IMG/VR virus record: IMGVR_UViG_2841629896_000001
From: an uncultured virus (IMG/VR IMGVR_UViG_2841629896_000001)
Lineage: Duplodnaviria > Heunggongvirae > Uroviricota > Caudoviricetes
Strand: one strand, 5' to 3'
DNA: 64,000 nt
In this document: piece after piece, positions 28,264-37,648 of the stretch
Position numbering within the stretch: the first letter of the stretch is position 1
Layout: every line of letters starts with the position of its first letter
Made by a program: the position numbers and the translations under genes
The notes under the pieces: model-generated
The model's database searches: none
The model's input: the letters and a program-made list of their open reading frames with translations, nothing else
Told to the model about the DNA's origin: nothing

Positions 28264-29156
28264 GTGTTTTGTCCTTTTTTTGTTGCTGTTGGGGGTTGTG
28301 ATATGGAATCCGTTAAGGCTTCCAAAGCTTGCGCAAGAGTGCCCTGCGCATCTGCTAATCCAAGCTCTAAAGCTTGGGTGCCTATAAAAGTTTCTGCTTT
28401 TGTGTCACGAATTGCGTCTGCACTCAGAGGTCTGTTTTTTGCAACCAAATCGACAAACATTTCGTAGAGCAGGGCGCAATCGGCTTGCATTTTTATCTGT
28501 GCTGTATCGGCGAGTGGTTCGTGAGAATTGCCATGCGTTTTGTGATCACCTTCAAAAACAAAGGTCCATTTAAGTCCCTGTTTCTCATCTGCACGGGATT
28601 GGTCAAGATGGGCGCAAACAACTCCAATGGAGCCAACAACACCCGTGCGTGCAATCCATATTTGAGAAGCCGCACAAGCAATGGCATAAGCCGCCGAGCA
28701 AGCAAATTCATTGGCATGCGCCCAAATGGGCTTGGCATATTGTTTTGAAAGGGTTTGAAACTCTTCAACCAAATCAAAGATGCCACCGGCTTCTCCACCA
28801 CCACTGTCAATATCAAGTAAGACAGCCTTCACATCAGGCTGTGCAATGGCTTCACGAAAAGAAGCTCTTAAACCTTCATAAGAAGTCAAGCCCGATAAAG
28901 CTCCAAGCCATGCGCCACGGCGTACAAGTGTGCCATGAACCGGTATGATGGCAATATTGTTTTGTACTACATAGGTTTCTGGTGGTCTTAAAGCTTTTGT
29001 ATTCCCTTGCGAATAAGCTTCAATGGGAAACTTTTCACCTGCAAAAAGCCGTGGAGCAAGAGCATTAAGGATAATGTCAAGCTTTGTGGAGGCAAGCATG
29101 TGTGGAACCCCAAAAAGCCGTGATGCCAAAAACGGCATGTCAATATTACTCACCAT
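28089..29156 (-). CDS. S49 family prohead protease (lambda C-like)
   Basis: LLDIDSGGGE, ACSAAYAIA, VGSIGV; start reassigned to 29156. Confidence 0.9.
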   Translation of the reverse strand: MVSNIDMPFLASRLFGVPHMLASTKLDIILNALAPRLFAGEKFPIEAYSQGNTKALRPPETYVVQNNIAIIPVHGTLVRRGAWLGALSGLTSYEGLRASFREAIAQPDVKAVLLDIDSGGGEAGGIFDLVEEFQTLSKQYAKPIWAHANEFACSAAYAIACAASQIWIARTGVVGSIGVVCAHLDQSRADEKQGLKWTFVFEGDHKTHGNSHEPLADTAQIKMQADCALLYEMFVDLVAKNRPLSADAIRDTKAETFIGTQALELGLADAQGTLAQALEALTDSISQPPTATKKGQNTWHAPYTAPKKMMMKKLSTSLMRTKRTKTRATLTKTLKTSTTKRKTKTKMRTKISKKA

Positions 29157-30690
29157 TTTTGTGTGCCTCGCTGCCTTGGTTGCTTTCATAAGTCTCAGAA
29201 GTCTCTGAATCTTCATCACCAATCGCTTGATTTTCACTAGAAGGTGCTGCCATATCCGTGTCAAAAGATAAGCCGCGTGCACGAGCATCTGTGTGTTCTT
29301 CCTCAAGTTCGGCATGAATGCTGTCGATATCAAAGCCGCGTTCGGCTAGTGCCATGCGTCGTGTTTTCAAGCCAGCACGAATTTCTTCTTTTTCTGCCGA
29401 AATATCCTTGTTTGGATCAATCATTTCAAGCGGGGGTGCAAAGCTTTCACATTGAAGCCATGGCAAGGGATTTTCTTCCCATCCGGGTAAGTGAATGCGT
29501 CCAGAAAGTACGGCCATTTCAACAAAACGTTCCCAAATAATGCGGTTAAACTGAAAGGCAATGATATGTTCACGCCATTGTTTGACATGCCGTCTAAACT
29601 GAATGATAGAAGTTCGCACATTGGAAAAATTACCGCGCGTAACGTCTCCTGTCACAACGGCATAAGGCATATTGAGAGCCGAGCAAATTTTTAAAATATT
29701 ACGATACTGAAAAGCCTCATAAGAACCTCCAACCTCAACAGGATTAGAGAATGTAACATCTTTATTCTCTCCTAAATAAAGAGATGCACCGGGTGCAATG
29801 GCAGGTGCTTCGTATTCTTCTTCAACGTCGTTTTTATCACGATTATCGGATAATTTTGCGACGTTTGGGGAATTGTCCTTGACAAACGCTGCGAAAAGAG
29901 CCGCCGTCCTTTTTCGATCAAGTTCTGCATCATCATAGGATTCGAGTTGAAAGATTTTTGTCATAGAGCGCGTTATTTTGGGAGAACCGCGCAATTGTCC
30001 GGCAATCCGGCGTTCTTTGATATGAAGGACCATTTCAGCAGGCACACGTATGCGCTCTTGGCTCTTAAAAGCTCTGTTTGCAGGGCAATCATCATAGGGA
30101 TGATGTTCCCAGAAATGATAAGCAACGCGCTTACCACTTGCATTAAACTCAATTCCCATACGAATGTAATTGCCTTCAATCTCAGCAGGTCCATTGTAAG
30201 TAAGGTCCAGCATTTCAGTGGGATAAACTTGCAACTGAAGAGGCACACCAGAGCGCCCATAAAGGTCAACATAATGCAATCTTACAAAGCATTCTCCGGT
30301 TAAAAAGACCTCTCGGGCAATGGTTGCTTGCAGCCCATAAAAGCTGGCATCTTCATCATAATCGGCTTCATCAACCCATTGCCACCATAAGTCTAAAAGC
30401 TTTTTCTTCTCTTCTTGAAAACCTTCAATGCGAGGATAAGGCTTAATCCCATCACTAACAGCCGCAGAGACCCATTCTTCCGTTGCAGAACCGTAAAGAG
30501 CTTCATTGTCATAAAGCCATCTTGAACGGGCAACAATAGTATCACCGCATTCTTCAATGGCTTTATTGATATGTTTTTTTGCGGGATCAAAACCACCCAT
30601 GCGACGGCTTTTGCTTGCAGCTTCAAAATGGGGATTGTGTTGACGAGAAATTGTAAAAAAGCCCGTGAGTTTATTGAGAAAGCCAGCCAT
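29146..30690 (-). CDS. Portal protein, lambda family
   Basis: RIAGQLRG, NFSNVR, IDPNKD motifs. Confidence 0.9.
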   Translation of the reverse strand: MAGFLNKLTGFFTISRQHNPHFEAASKSRRMGGFDPAKKHINKAIEECGDTIVARSRWLYDNEALYGSATEEWVSAAVSDGIKPYPRIEGFQEEKKKLLDLWWQWVDEADYDEDASFYGLQATIAREVFLTGECFVRLHYVDLYGRSGVPLQLQVYPTEMLDLTYNGPAEIEGNYIRMGIEFNASGKRVAYHFWEHHPYDDCPANRAFKSQERIRVPAEMVLHIKERRIAGQLRGSPKITRSMTKIFQLESYDDAELDRKRTAALFAAFVKDNSPNVAKLSDNRDKNDVEEEYEAPAIAPGASLYLGENKDVTFSNPVEVGGSYEAFQYRNILKICSALNMPYAVVTGDVTRGNFSNVRTSIIQFRRHVKQWREHIIAFQFNRIIWERFVEMAVLSGRIHLPGWEENPLPWLQCESFAPPLEMIDPNKDISAEKEEIRAGLKTRRMALAERGFDIDSIHAELEEEHTDARARGLSFDTDMAAPSSENQAIGDEDSETSETYESNQGSEAHKNGE

Positions 30691-30938
30691 TAATAGCCTC
30701 GTGATATGTTAAAATAGAACACGCGTGAACCTTTACGCCCTTCAAGGTCCGCTATTTGCGTATTGATCATTTCAAGAGCTCTGCGCAATTCCTCAACAGA
30801 GCGGTTGCTTACTTGCTTATCGCCATGGCGTACCGATTGCGCACCCGAATAAAGAGCCTCTTCAATTTGCTCTCGCCGCCTTTTTAAACTTTCCAGTCTC
30901 GAAAATTTGCTGTTCATTGGTTCTAAAGTTTCATCCAC
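30690..30938 (-). CDS. gpW-like head completion protein
   Basis: ALYSGAQSVRHGDKQV; between terminase and portal. Confidence 0.8.
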   Translation of the reverse strand: MDETLEPMNSKFSRLESLKRRREQIEEALYSGAQSVRHGDKQVSNRSVEELRRALEMINTQIADLEGRKGSRVFYFNISRGY

Positions 30939-30941
30939 AAA

Positions 30942-32873
30942 TTACCTCCAATCCCCTTGCATATAAGGATTCATCACCGTTCTGGATTGTTTCCTTTGAG
31001 GTTGTGCTATCTGAGATCTTCTTGGAGAAGTGAATGAAGAAATCCTAGATGTTTTTTCTTCCAAAGAGCTTTCAGCAATTTTAAGTTTTTCCAAACGCTC
31101 TTCTAAGATATCGACTTCTCGATTAAGGTTTATTCCTGCCGAAATCAGCCCTTGCAAAGCCGCATAAGCATAGACTCTACAATCCAAGGCTTCGTTTCTT
31201 GCCTTTTCACTTTTTTGCCATTCAATACGCTTGAAGCCTTTAAAATATTTGATGACTTTTCTTTCAGCGGTTAGCTGGGCAAAATATTCCTGGTCAAGGC
31301 TTTTGTGAAAGTGTGTTGCGCCAGCCCCCGTTGCTTCGGGACCCGATTTTTTAAACCGTGCTGTAATGATATCTTTCGCGGCGTCAACCCCAACAATATA
31401 AAGATTAATCTGCCCTTTATTGTTTTTGCTTGGTCGGCGTGGCCATACCGCACGCCAGCCAGCTTGTCCCTTAATGCCCCAGATGCGCCGCCCCTCACGC
31501 GGACGCACATAGTTATAAACTGCCTGTGTGTGTCCACCACCGGTATCAATGCAAGCCGCTGTTATCCTAATACCGTCTTTATAGCCTGGATGCGGCCAGC
31601 GCTTTGCAAGATATTCATCCAATTGGTCCCACACTTCAAAAGAAGAGGGGTCACCAAGGATAACTTGGTAATCAATATGCCAACTTTCTTCACTACGCCC
31701 CCATCCCACCACTTCAAGCTCTAAACGGTCATTTTGCACATCAATGCCTGCTGTCAACACGACGGCTTGTTCTGGTGCAAGGGGATAATCTTCGCGTTTT
31801 GCATAGAGGCTGTCTGGATCAACAACTTCGCCTGTTCTGTCCTCCCATGGCTCTCCAAGAACTGTATTGACAAAAGGCTGTAGAAGAGCTGGATCATCTT
31901 TGGCATTTAAAAACTCTCTTGCACATTCCCCCCATGTAAGCCAAGGTGAATAGAGTGCTGAAATATGATAAGAACGCAAATTCAGTCTGCTTGACTCACT
32001 GGTTGGGACCCAGCATGCACCTCTTTCTTCACACATGAGATCTGTTTTTCGGTGTTCGGCATGTTCATGACCACAATGCGCACAAACAAAAACAGCTTTT
32101 TCGGGAGCCCCTTTTGGCCATTTGATTTGTGACCAAACAATCGGCTGGAGTGTACCACATTCATCACAAGGCACGTTATAATATCGCTGGTCTCCTAGCA
32201 CAAAATCCTTGGCAATACGGCTTGTGTCACGATGGGTGGGAGTGGACAATTTAAAGATCTTTCGTTGTACAAAGGTTGATGTGCGCTTTTCCGCAATCAT
32301 CACTGGATCACCTTCGTTATCGACACTGAGAGGATAACCATCAACCTCATCCAAAATCAGATAACGAATAGGCATAGAACGCAGACCAGCTGCACTGTTT
32401 GCTCCTGTAAGCATCAGTGCTCCACCATCAAACTCTTTCGAAAACATGGTATTCCCGCTGTCACGTGCTCGCGCTGGGGCTATGCGTTCACTTAAAACTG
32501 GACTTGCCATAATCATGGGATCAAGACGCGTCTTTGAAAGCTTTTTGGCTGTCTCAACGGTCGGCATGACATAAAGGGCAGGTCCTGGACTATAATGAAT
32601 AGCATAACCGCAGAAATTCAATCCTGCCTCTGACATGCCAACCTGCGCTCCTTTCATGACAATGGTTGTTTCAATCGGCACGTAAGAGGAAAGATTATCC
32701 ATGATTTCGCGCAAATAGGGGGTGCGTTTTGTTCTCCACAATCCAGGTTCAGCACTGGCTACCGTGCTAAGGTATCTATTCTTGTCTGCCCATTGGGAAA
32801 CCGTATATGGTGGGTCCGGTTGTCTTGCATCATTGGCATGGGCGAAAAATTCTGTAACAGCATTCTCATCCAT
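30942..32873 (-). CDS. Terminase large subunit (lambda GpA family)
   Basis: KGAQVGMSE, LILDEVDGY, STPT, GIDVQ, RNEALDC. Confidence 0.95.
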   Translation of the reverse strand: MDENAVTEFFAHANDARQPDPPYTVSQWADKNRYLSTVASAEPGLWRTKRTPYLREIMDNLSSYVPIETTIVMKGAQVGMSEAGLNFCGYAIHYSPGPALYVMPTVETAKKLSKTRLDPMIMASPVLSERIAPARARDSGNTMFSKEFDGGALMLTGANSAAGLRSMPIRYLILDEVDGYPLSVDNEGDPVMIAEKRTSTFVQRKIFKLSTPTHRDTSRIAKDFVLGDQRYYNVPCDECGTLQPIVWSQIKWPKGAPEKAVFVCAHCGHEHAEHRKTDLMCEERGACWVPTSESSRLNLRSYHISALYSPWLTWGECAREFLNAKDDPALLQPFVNTVLGEPWEDRTGEVVDPDSLYAKREDYPLAPEQAVVLTAGIDVQNDRLELEVVGWGRSEESWHIDYQVILGDPSSFEVWDQLDEYLAKRWPHPGYKDGIRITAACIDTGGGHTQAVYNYVRPREGRRIWGIKGQAGWRAVWPRRPSKNNKGQINLYIVGVDAAKDIITARFKKSGPEATGAGATHFHKSLDQEYFAQLTAERKVIKYFKGFKRIEWQKSEKARNEALDCRVYAYAALQGLISAGINLNREVDILEERLEKLKIAESSLEEKTSRISSFTSPRRSQIAQPQRKQSRTVMNPYMQGDWR

Positions 32874-32903
32874 TATTCATTCTTTGCTCGCCCCAAAACG
32901 CTC

Positions 32904-33455
32904 TCATTCTGGAGGTTGAGGATCATGATAAGGAACTGGAATATGAACAGCTTCAAGCAAAGCCTTTCGTATGTAATAATCAATGGCACCGATTAGGCTT
33001 GCAGCATCACATCCAACTTGTGCGGCAATGCTTGCACCAAATCGATGAGGAAAATTCAACATGGCGTCACGGTGTGCTCTTCCAAACTCACGGGCAGCTC
33101 TCTTGACTTCTTCACGATCAACAGTTGTTTCGCGTAAGCGTTCAAGGGCAATCTTTTCGCTTTCAAGAGCAACTTGCATTCGCTCCAGTTTAATCTTGTA
33201 TTCATTGGCCGCCTCTGTAGAGGTTTGTTTGATCTTTGTCCGCGGTTGACCATCCGGTGCTAAAAATGGAGCAGGGCGTTTTGTTGGATTCTCATTCCAG
33301 ATAGCTGTTGCAAGCGCTTCATTGACGGAACCATCTTCAAAAAGAGCCTTATCAAATTTACCTGTCTTAAATCGAGAAACCACCGCATTAGGAGAAACAC
33401 GCATCTTTTTGGCAAATGCACGGAGCGATAAACCCTTACGCGTTTTCTTATTCAT
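32904..33455 (-). CDS. Terminase small subunit (Nu1-like)
   Basis: N-terminal HTH SLRAFAKKMRVSPNAV plus coiled coil; upstream of GpA. Confidence 0.75.
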   Translation of the reverse strand: MNKKTRKGLSLRAFAKKMRVSPNAVVSRFKTGKFDKALFEDGSVNEALATAIWNENPTKRPAPFLAPDGQPRTKIKQTSTEAANEYKIKLERMQVALESEKIALERLRETTVDREEVKRAAREFGRAHRDAMLNFPHRFGASIAAQVGCDAASLIGAIDYYIRKALLEAVHIPVPYHDPQPPE

Positions 33456-33539
33456 AGTGGCTCCATTTTGAATGGTTTATACGAATTATTGTACACTTTA
33501 ATTATTGACAAGGTTTTATTTTTCGTGTACATAAAATAT

Positions 33540-33806
33540 ATGAAGATAGTGTGGGATGAACCAAAAAGAGCTTTGAACATTATTAAACATAAGCTTGATT
33601 TTGCTGATGTTATTTACTTTGATTGGGAGCATGCCCTTATTGATGCGACCCATTCAAACCGCATGAAGGCTATTGGACATTTTGCGGATGGCACAACAGT
33701 TATTGTTTTTGCAAAGCTTGGCAATGAAGCGATATCCATTATCAGTTTTCGTCGAGCTAATAAAAAAGAAAGAGAGATTTTCAATGACTATCAAAAAAAA
33801 CTTTGA
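33540..33806 (+). CDS. brnT: BrnT family toxin
   Basis: WDEPKRALNIIKHKLDF...ISFRRANKKER; start reassigned to 33540. Confidence 0.9.
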   Translation: MKIVWDEPKRALNIIKHKLDFADVIYFDWEHALIDATHSNRMKAIGHFADGTTVIVFAKLGNEAISIISFRRANKKEREIFNDYQKKL

Positions 33807-34089
33807 AGCAGGATGTGATTACGCAAAAGAAGATTGGGATGCTGTGGATTCTCCACCATTGACAGATGAAGAACTTGCACGCTTAAAGCCAGCTAAAGAC
33901 GTTTTACCAGCCTCCTTTTTTAAGTATGTAACAGAAGAGCGCCGTAAACGTGGGCGTCCCCCCGTTGAATCTCCTAAACAAGCGGTTACTCTCCGCCTCG
34001 ACCCAAACGTTATTGCCTCTTTTAAAAAACAAGGAAAAGATTGGCGCACACGTATGGGTGAAGTCTTAAAAAAAGCAAGCGGTTGTTAA
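33784..34089 (+). CDS. brnA: BrnA family antitoxin
   Basis: RGRPP..PKQAVTLRLDPNVIASFK.QGKDWRTRM. Confidence 0.9.
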   Translation: MTIKKNFEAGCDYAKEDWDAVDSPPLTDEELARLKPAKDVLPASFFKYVTEERRKRGRPPVESPKQAVTLRLDPNVIASFKKQGKDWRTRMGEVLKKASGC

Positions 34090-34191
34090 GTCAAACGATC
34101 TCTCCACTTTAAAAATAATGCTTTACAGTTGAAATTAAACTCCAATTGTATTACATTGAAATACAGTTGAGTTGAGAGAGGAGAAATCATT

Positions 34192-34455
34192 ATGGCTACC
34201 AGTCGCATGGTTCAAGCACGTGTACCGGAAGAAATTCAAAATGTTGCTAATCAAGTTATTCAAGCCTCTGGTTTGTCAGTAAGTGATGTCGTGAGAGTGT
34301 TGATGACACGTATTGCGCAAGATAAAGCTATTCCTTCTTTTTTGTTTCAACCCAATGCAGAAACCATAGCGGCTTTTGCTGAACTTGATGAAGGCAACTT
34401 AAAAAAGTTTCATTCCGTAGACGAATTATTTGATGATCTCTATGCGGACGATTGA
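34192..34455 (+). CDS. RelB/DinJ family antitoxin
   Basis: VQARVPEE...GLSVSDVVRVLMTRIA...PNAETIAA. Confidence 0.9.
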   Translation: MATSRMVQARVPEEIQNVANQVIQASGLSVSDVVRVLMTRIAQDKAIPSFLFQPNAETIAAFAELDEGNLKKFHSVDELFDDLYADD

Positions 34456-34723
34456 ACGTACGACTATCTTCAAACGTGATTTCAAGCGTGAGATGAAAGG
34501 ACGATATCGGCATCTTTTAGATACTGATTTACGCAAAGTCATCGCAGCATTAGCAAATGATCAACCTTTAGAGCTTCGATATCATGACCATGCTTTAACT
34601 GGAAATTGGAAAGATTATCGGGATTGTCATATTCGACCTGATTTGGTTTTGATCTATCGCTTGATTGGTCAAGAGAGGCTCGTTTTAGTGCGTCTTGGTT
34701 CTCATTCACAGCTTAATCTGTAA
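34442..34723 (+). CDS. yafQ: YafQ family toxin
   Basis: DHALTGNWKDYRDCHIRPDLVLIY...RLGSHSQL. Confidence 0.9.
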   Translation: MRTIERTTIFKRDFKREMKGRYRHLLDTDLRKVIAALANDQPLELRYHDHALTGNWKDYRDCHIRPDLVLIYRLIGQERLVLVRLGSHSQLNL

Positions 34724-34778
34724 TGTCAATTAACAACCCTCCCCATTTTTGAGAACGAGGAGGAGGTATATATTTTAC

Positions 34779-35057
34779 TTAAGCAACCTTTTTAATGGGG
34801 CTCTCGAAATTTGGTTCATAAGCGCGCAACAAAGAATCCATGCTATGTGGTAATTCTGAATCGCCAAAATCTGTGAGAACTGTTAAGATTTTGAGTATAC
34901 TTGGCATCTCATCTTGAAGTTTTGAAATTAAAGCTTTTTCTATGACACTCATAGTATCAACCAGAGCAGTACAATCTTTGTCATTCATATTCTCATGTCT
35001 AGAAAATTGAGATAATGCCATCCATAAATCACATAAGAAGTTGGTATCTATCTTCAT
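34779..35057 (-). CDS. Conserved 92-aa protein coupled to ant, copy 4
   Basis: ATGA overlap; MKIDTNFLCDLW. Confidence 0.8.
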   Translation of the reverse strand: MKIDTNFLCDLWMALSQFSRHENMNDKDCTALVDTMSVIEKALISKLQDEMPSILKILTVLTDFGDSELPHSMDSLLRAYEPNFESPIKKVA

Positions 35058-35797
35058 TGCACACCTCCATGGATTTGCTCTCTCAAACATGCCAAACCTC
35101 TGGATGTGATTTTTGTCGAAGGGAGTACCTTTTCTGTACCATCTGGTCTTTGGATAGTGATAGCAGGACAATCCATGAATCCTTTCTTGATTTTATCTTG
35201 GTAAGGTAACAAAGGTGCTCCTGGAGCTCGTCGATAGATCCAGTCATGTTTGCGCAAGTAATCGTTTAAATCCTTTGGTCGCACCTCTAACATCTTCGCT
35301 GCTTCGATTAAACCAAACAAACCATCAGAACGTTTTAAGCCTTCCAAAGCTTCTGCTTTTGGCTTGAGTGTACTCACCTCATTTCTTAAGTCTTCTAATT
35401 GATTGATACTCTCTAAAAGGAGCTGTTTAATCGTAAGAGGATTTTCCAATGCATTGGCAAGATCTACTTGTGGTGTTGCTACTTGTTTCAAAAGCCGTTC
35501 ACATTTGATAAAGTATTGACGTGCTTCATGCCCTTTATCATTACGTTCGATCATGGAAAGATGTTTAGCCATGTCTAAGGTAATGTGGTATTCTTTAGAA
35601 GGACGCCCACCTGAACTTTCGCTCAAAAAAGAGCAAAAGTCATATCCTTCTTTAAATTTACAGTCTTGAATACGTCTGATAATCCAGTCTTTAAAGCTGG
35701 TTTTTACTTCTAAAAACGCATGCAAATCACGAGCATTAACGGTTTGGACAGTTTCCTGATCAATAGTTTGTTCCGATATCGGAATAAGAGTGTTCAT
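35054..35797 (-). CDS. Antirepressor-like protein AntA/AntB plus KilAC, cassette 4
   Basis: VNARDLHAFLEV; shared C-domain; start after SD AGGAG. Confidence 0.88.
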   Translation of the reverse strand: MNTLIPISEQTIDQETVQTVNARDLHAFLEVKTSFKDWIIRRIQDCKFKEGYDFCSFLSESSGGRPSKEYHITLDMAKHLSMIERNDKGHEARQYFIKCERLLKQVATPQVDLANALENPLTIKQLLLESINQLEDLRNEVSTLKPKAEALEGLKRSDGLFGLIEAAKMLEVRPKDLNDYLRKHDWIYRRAPGAPLLPYQDKIKKGFMDCPAITIQRPDGTEKVLPSTKITSRGLACLREQIHGGVQ

Positions 35798-36076
35798 GTG
35801 AACTCCTTGTTGATAGATGTTTCTTAATGACACTCCAAAAGAGCGCCGGGTGCTAAGAAACACGGCAACAAGCCCGTCGTTATGCTTTTCCCCCGAAAGG
35901 GTATTTTATGGCATAACCACACCCGACAAGACCAGTATACGCTATACGCGCATAATGAGTCAAAGCCTTTACAATGTGCGGAAGACTGATTATTTCGGCA
36001 ACCAATCCGCTTGTTGTTTTGAGGTGTTTCTTAGGCACCTGATTCGGCAATAGACATAACATCACTGCCTTGTCAA
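35798..36076 (-). promoter_or_regulatory. Tandem promoters with a/b target sites, cassette 4
   Basis: TTGACA and TTGACT-N18-TATACT; b2 CAACAAG runs into SD. Confidence 0.75.
35845..35927 (-). ncRNA. C4-like antisense RNA, copy 4 (b'=CUUGUUG, a'=GUUUCUUA)
   Basis: Same fold, UUCG-capped middle stem; TAAGAAAC and CAACAAG on both flanks. Confidence 0.82.
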
Positions 36077-36210
36077 GTGATAAAAACTTTTTTCTAAAAA
36101 TAATACGCTATTGTACAGTGTGTATATAAATACACATTAAATTCGTTATTTATCAATGTGTTGTGTGTACAATGTACAGTTGATTTGAAAATTCTGTCGC
36201 TAGCGATAGT

Positions 36211-36257
36211 TCGCGCTAGCCTGCCCCGCAACGAAGCCAACCCGCTGGGAAGTACCT
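36211..36257 (-). other. Putative lambda-type cos site (cosQ-cosN-like)
   Basis: AGGTACT-N24-GGGCAGGCTAGC resembles lambda GGGTCCT-N23-GGGCGGCGACCT; upstream of terS. Confidence 0.6.
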
Positions 36258-36394
36258 TTTACATTGATTTTATTTACTTTTTTATGGAAAAAACAAAGCA
36301 TAAATGATGATCTTTTTTTAAAATTGCAATAAGAATAGGGAATGCTTAAACGCATAAAGATATGGAATATAGAGATAAAGCTTGAGAACATGAT

Positions 36395-36973
36395 CTAGCC
36401 TTTTTTATTAGCAGCGTATTCTTGACGAGCAAGTTGTCTCTGTATATTTTTGGTTAATCTTTCATTGGCATATTGTGCAATAGCACTTGCAATCTCTGGC
36501 TTGGACATCACTTTAGCAATTGATGGTCCTTCCTGTTTTGCAATAGGGAATTGGTCTCCATCATCTCTTTGAAACACATTCCCTCCCATTTTTAATTCAA
36601 CACGTTTTGGAAAACTGCCTCCCATGATAAAACCATGGGGCAAGATTTCTTTCTTTTTAAACAGTGTGTAAGTTACGCCGCGTTTTGTTTCTTTTGCCTT
36701 AAAAAATTTAAGAGGTATCGGTGTTCCAGAACCAATGATATCTGTCTCAAGAAATCTTGCTGTCGCCTTTTCTTTAATATAAACACCTCTTCTTATACGC
36801 TTTATTTGGGCTGATGAGATGTCGGTAACTTGCTTTTCAGTAAAGCGTTCAACTTGTTTTGCTGCAGTGTTTAGAGCATTACGCAGAGCCCAATTAAGGC
36901 GAGGGGCTTGAAGGCTTGTGAAGGTATCCTTCACCTGTTGAAGATACCATTTTTGGTGGATAATTAATTTCAA
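36395..36973 (-). CDS. Minor tail protein Z-like
   Basis: Basic; ALRNALN...IPLKFF...GPSI. Confidence 0.6.
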   Translation of the reverse strand: MKLIIHQKWYLQQVKDTFTSLQAPRLNWALRNALNTAAKQVERFTEKQVTDISSAQIKRIRRGVYIKEKATARFLETDIIGSGTPIPLKFFKAKETKRGVTYTLFKKKEILPHGFIMGGSFPKRVELKMGGNVFQRDDGDQFPIAKQEGPSIAKVMSKPEIASAIAQYANERLTKNIQRQLARQEYAANKKG

Positions 36974-36976
36974 CTT

Positions 36977-37297
36977 TTAAGCCTTTTGGGGGGTAGATGT
37001 TGATGGCTTGGAAGCTTTAGGTGCTTTTGGTTTTTCGAATGAGGGTTCCTCTGTTACTGTTTCAGATGATGTTTGGTTGGGTTCTTTTTCTACCTGCTTA
37101 ATCTGTTCAATTGTCTTGTTGGGTTTTATTTTTGTTTTGACATCAACAAAGGGTTTAGCAGCATTTGCACGCTTGAGACGTGCGTAGACTTGATTAGAAA
37201 TCTCAACAAATGGATTATTGGGAGTTGAAGTTTCAAAACGAACAGTGCTTTTATTATCGCCAACAACACACATTGGCTTGGTGATGATTGCTTTCAT
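36977..37297 (-). CDS. Hypothetical phage protein
   Basis: ORF with SD (AAAGGAG). Confidence 0.6.
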   Translation of the reverse strand: MKAIITKPMCVVGDNKSTVRFETSTPNNPFVEISNQVYARLKRANAAKPFVDVKTKIKPNKTIEQIKQVEKEPNQTSSETVTEEPSFEKPKAPKASKPSTSTPQKA

Positions 37298-37648
37298 CTT
37301 CGCTCCTTTTGAGGCAATGAATTAATGACATCATTGGTTACTGAATGGCGTTTGATATGTGCAAAATAGATTAGTCTGTTTTATCAATAAAAACAGTACT
37401 TTAAGCCCTCTTGAAAGCTTAATATTTTATCAAATTTTAGGGGATATTTTTGAACTTTAGATACAATACGACTAGTGCCGTACTGCCACTAAATACGATT
37501 TTTCACGTATTGTCAATAGAAAAATCACGATATTATATATTTTTAATTTTTTTGATCAAAACTTAGTATTTTAAAAGCCAATCTTTAATTTTATACAAAT
37601 AACAACATTTATGTTGTATTTAAACATTTTAGATGTTATATTATATTT

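Noticed and set aside
6232..33253. Many short antisense or alternate-frame ORFs over structural genes
   Set aside because: Shadow ORFs without motifs or ribosome-binding sites
6211..33455. Identification as a gene transfer agent or tailocin
   Set aside because: Full head module, cos-type GpA terminase, putative cos, and replication and repressor genes fit a temperate phage
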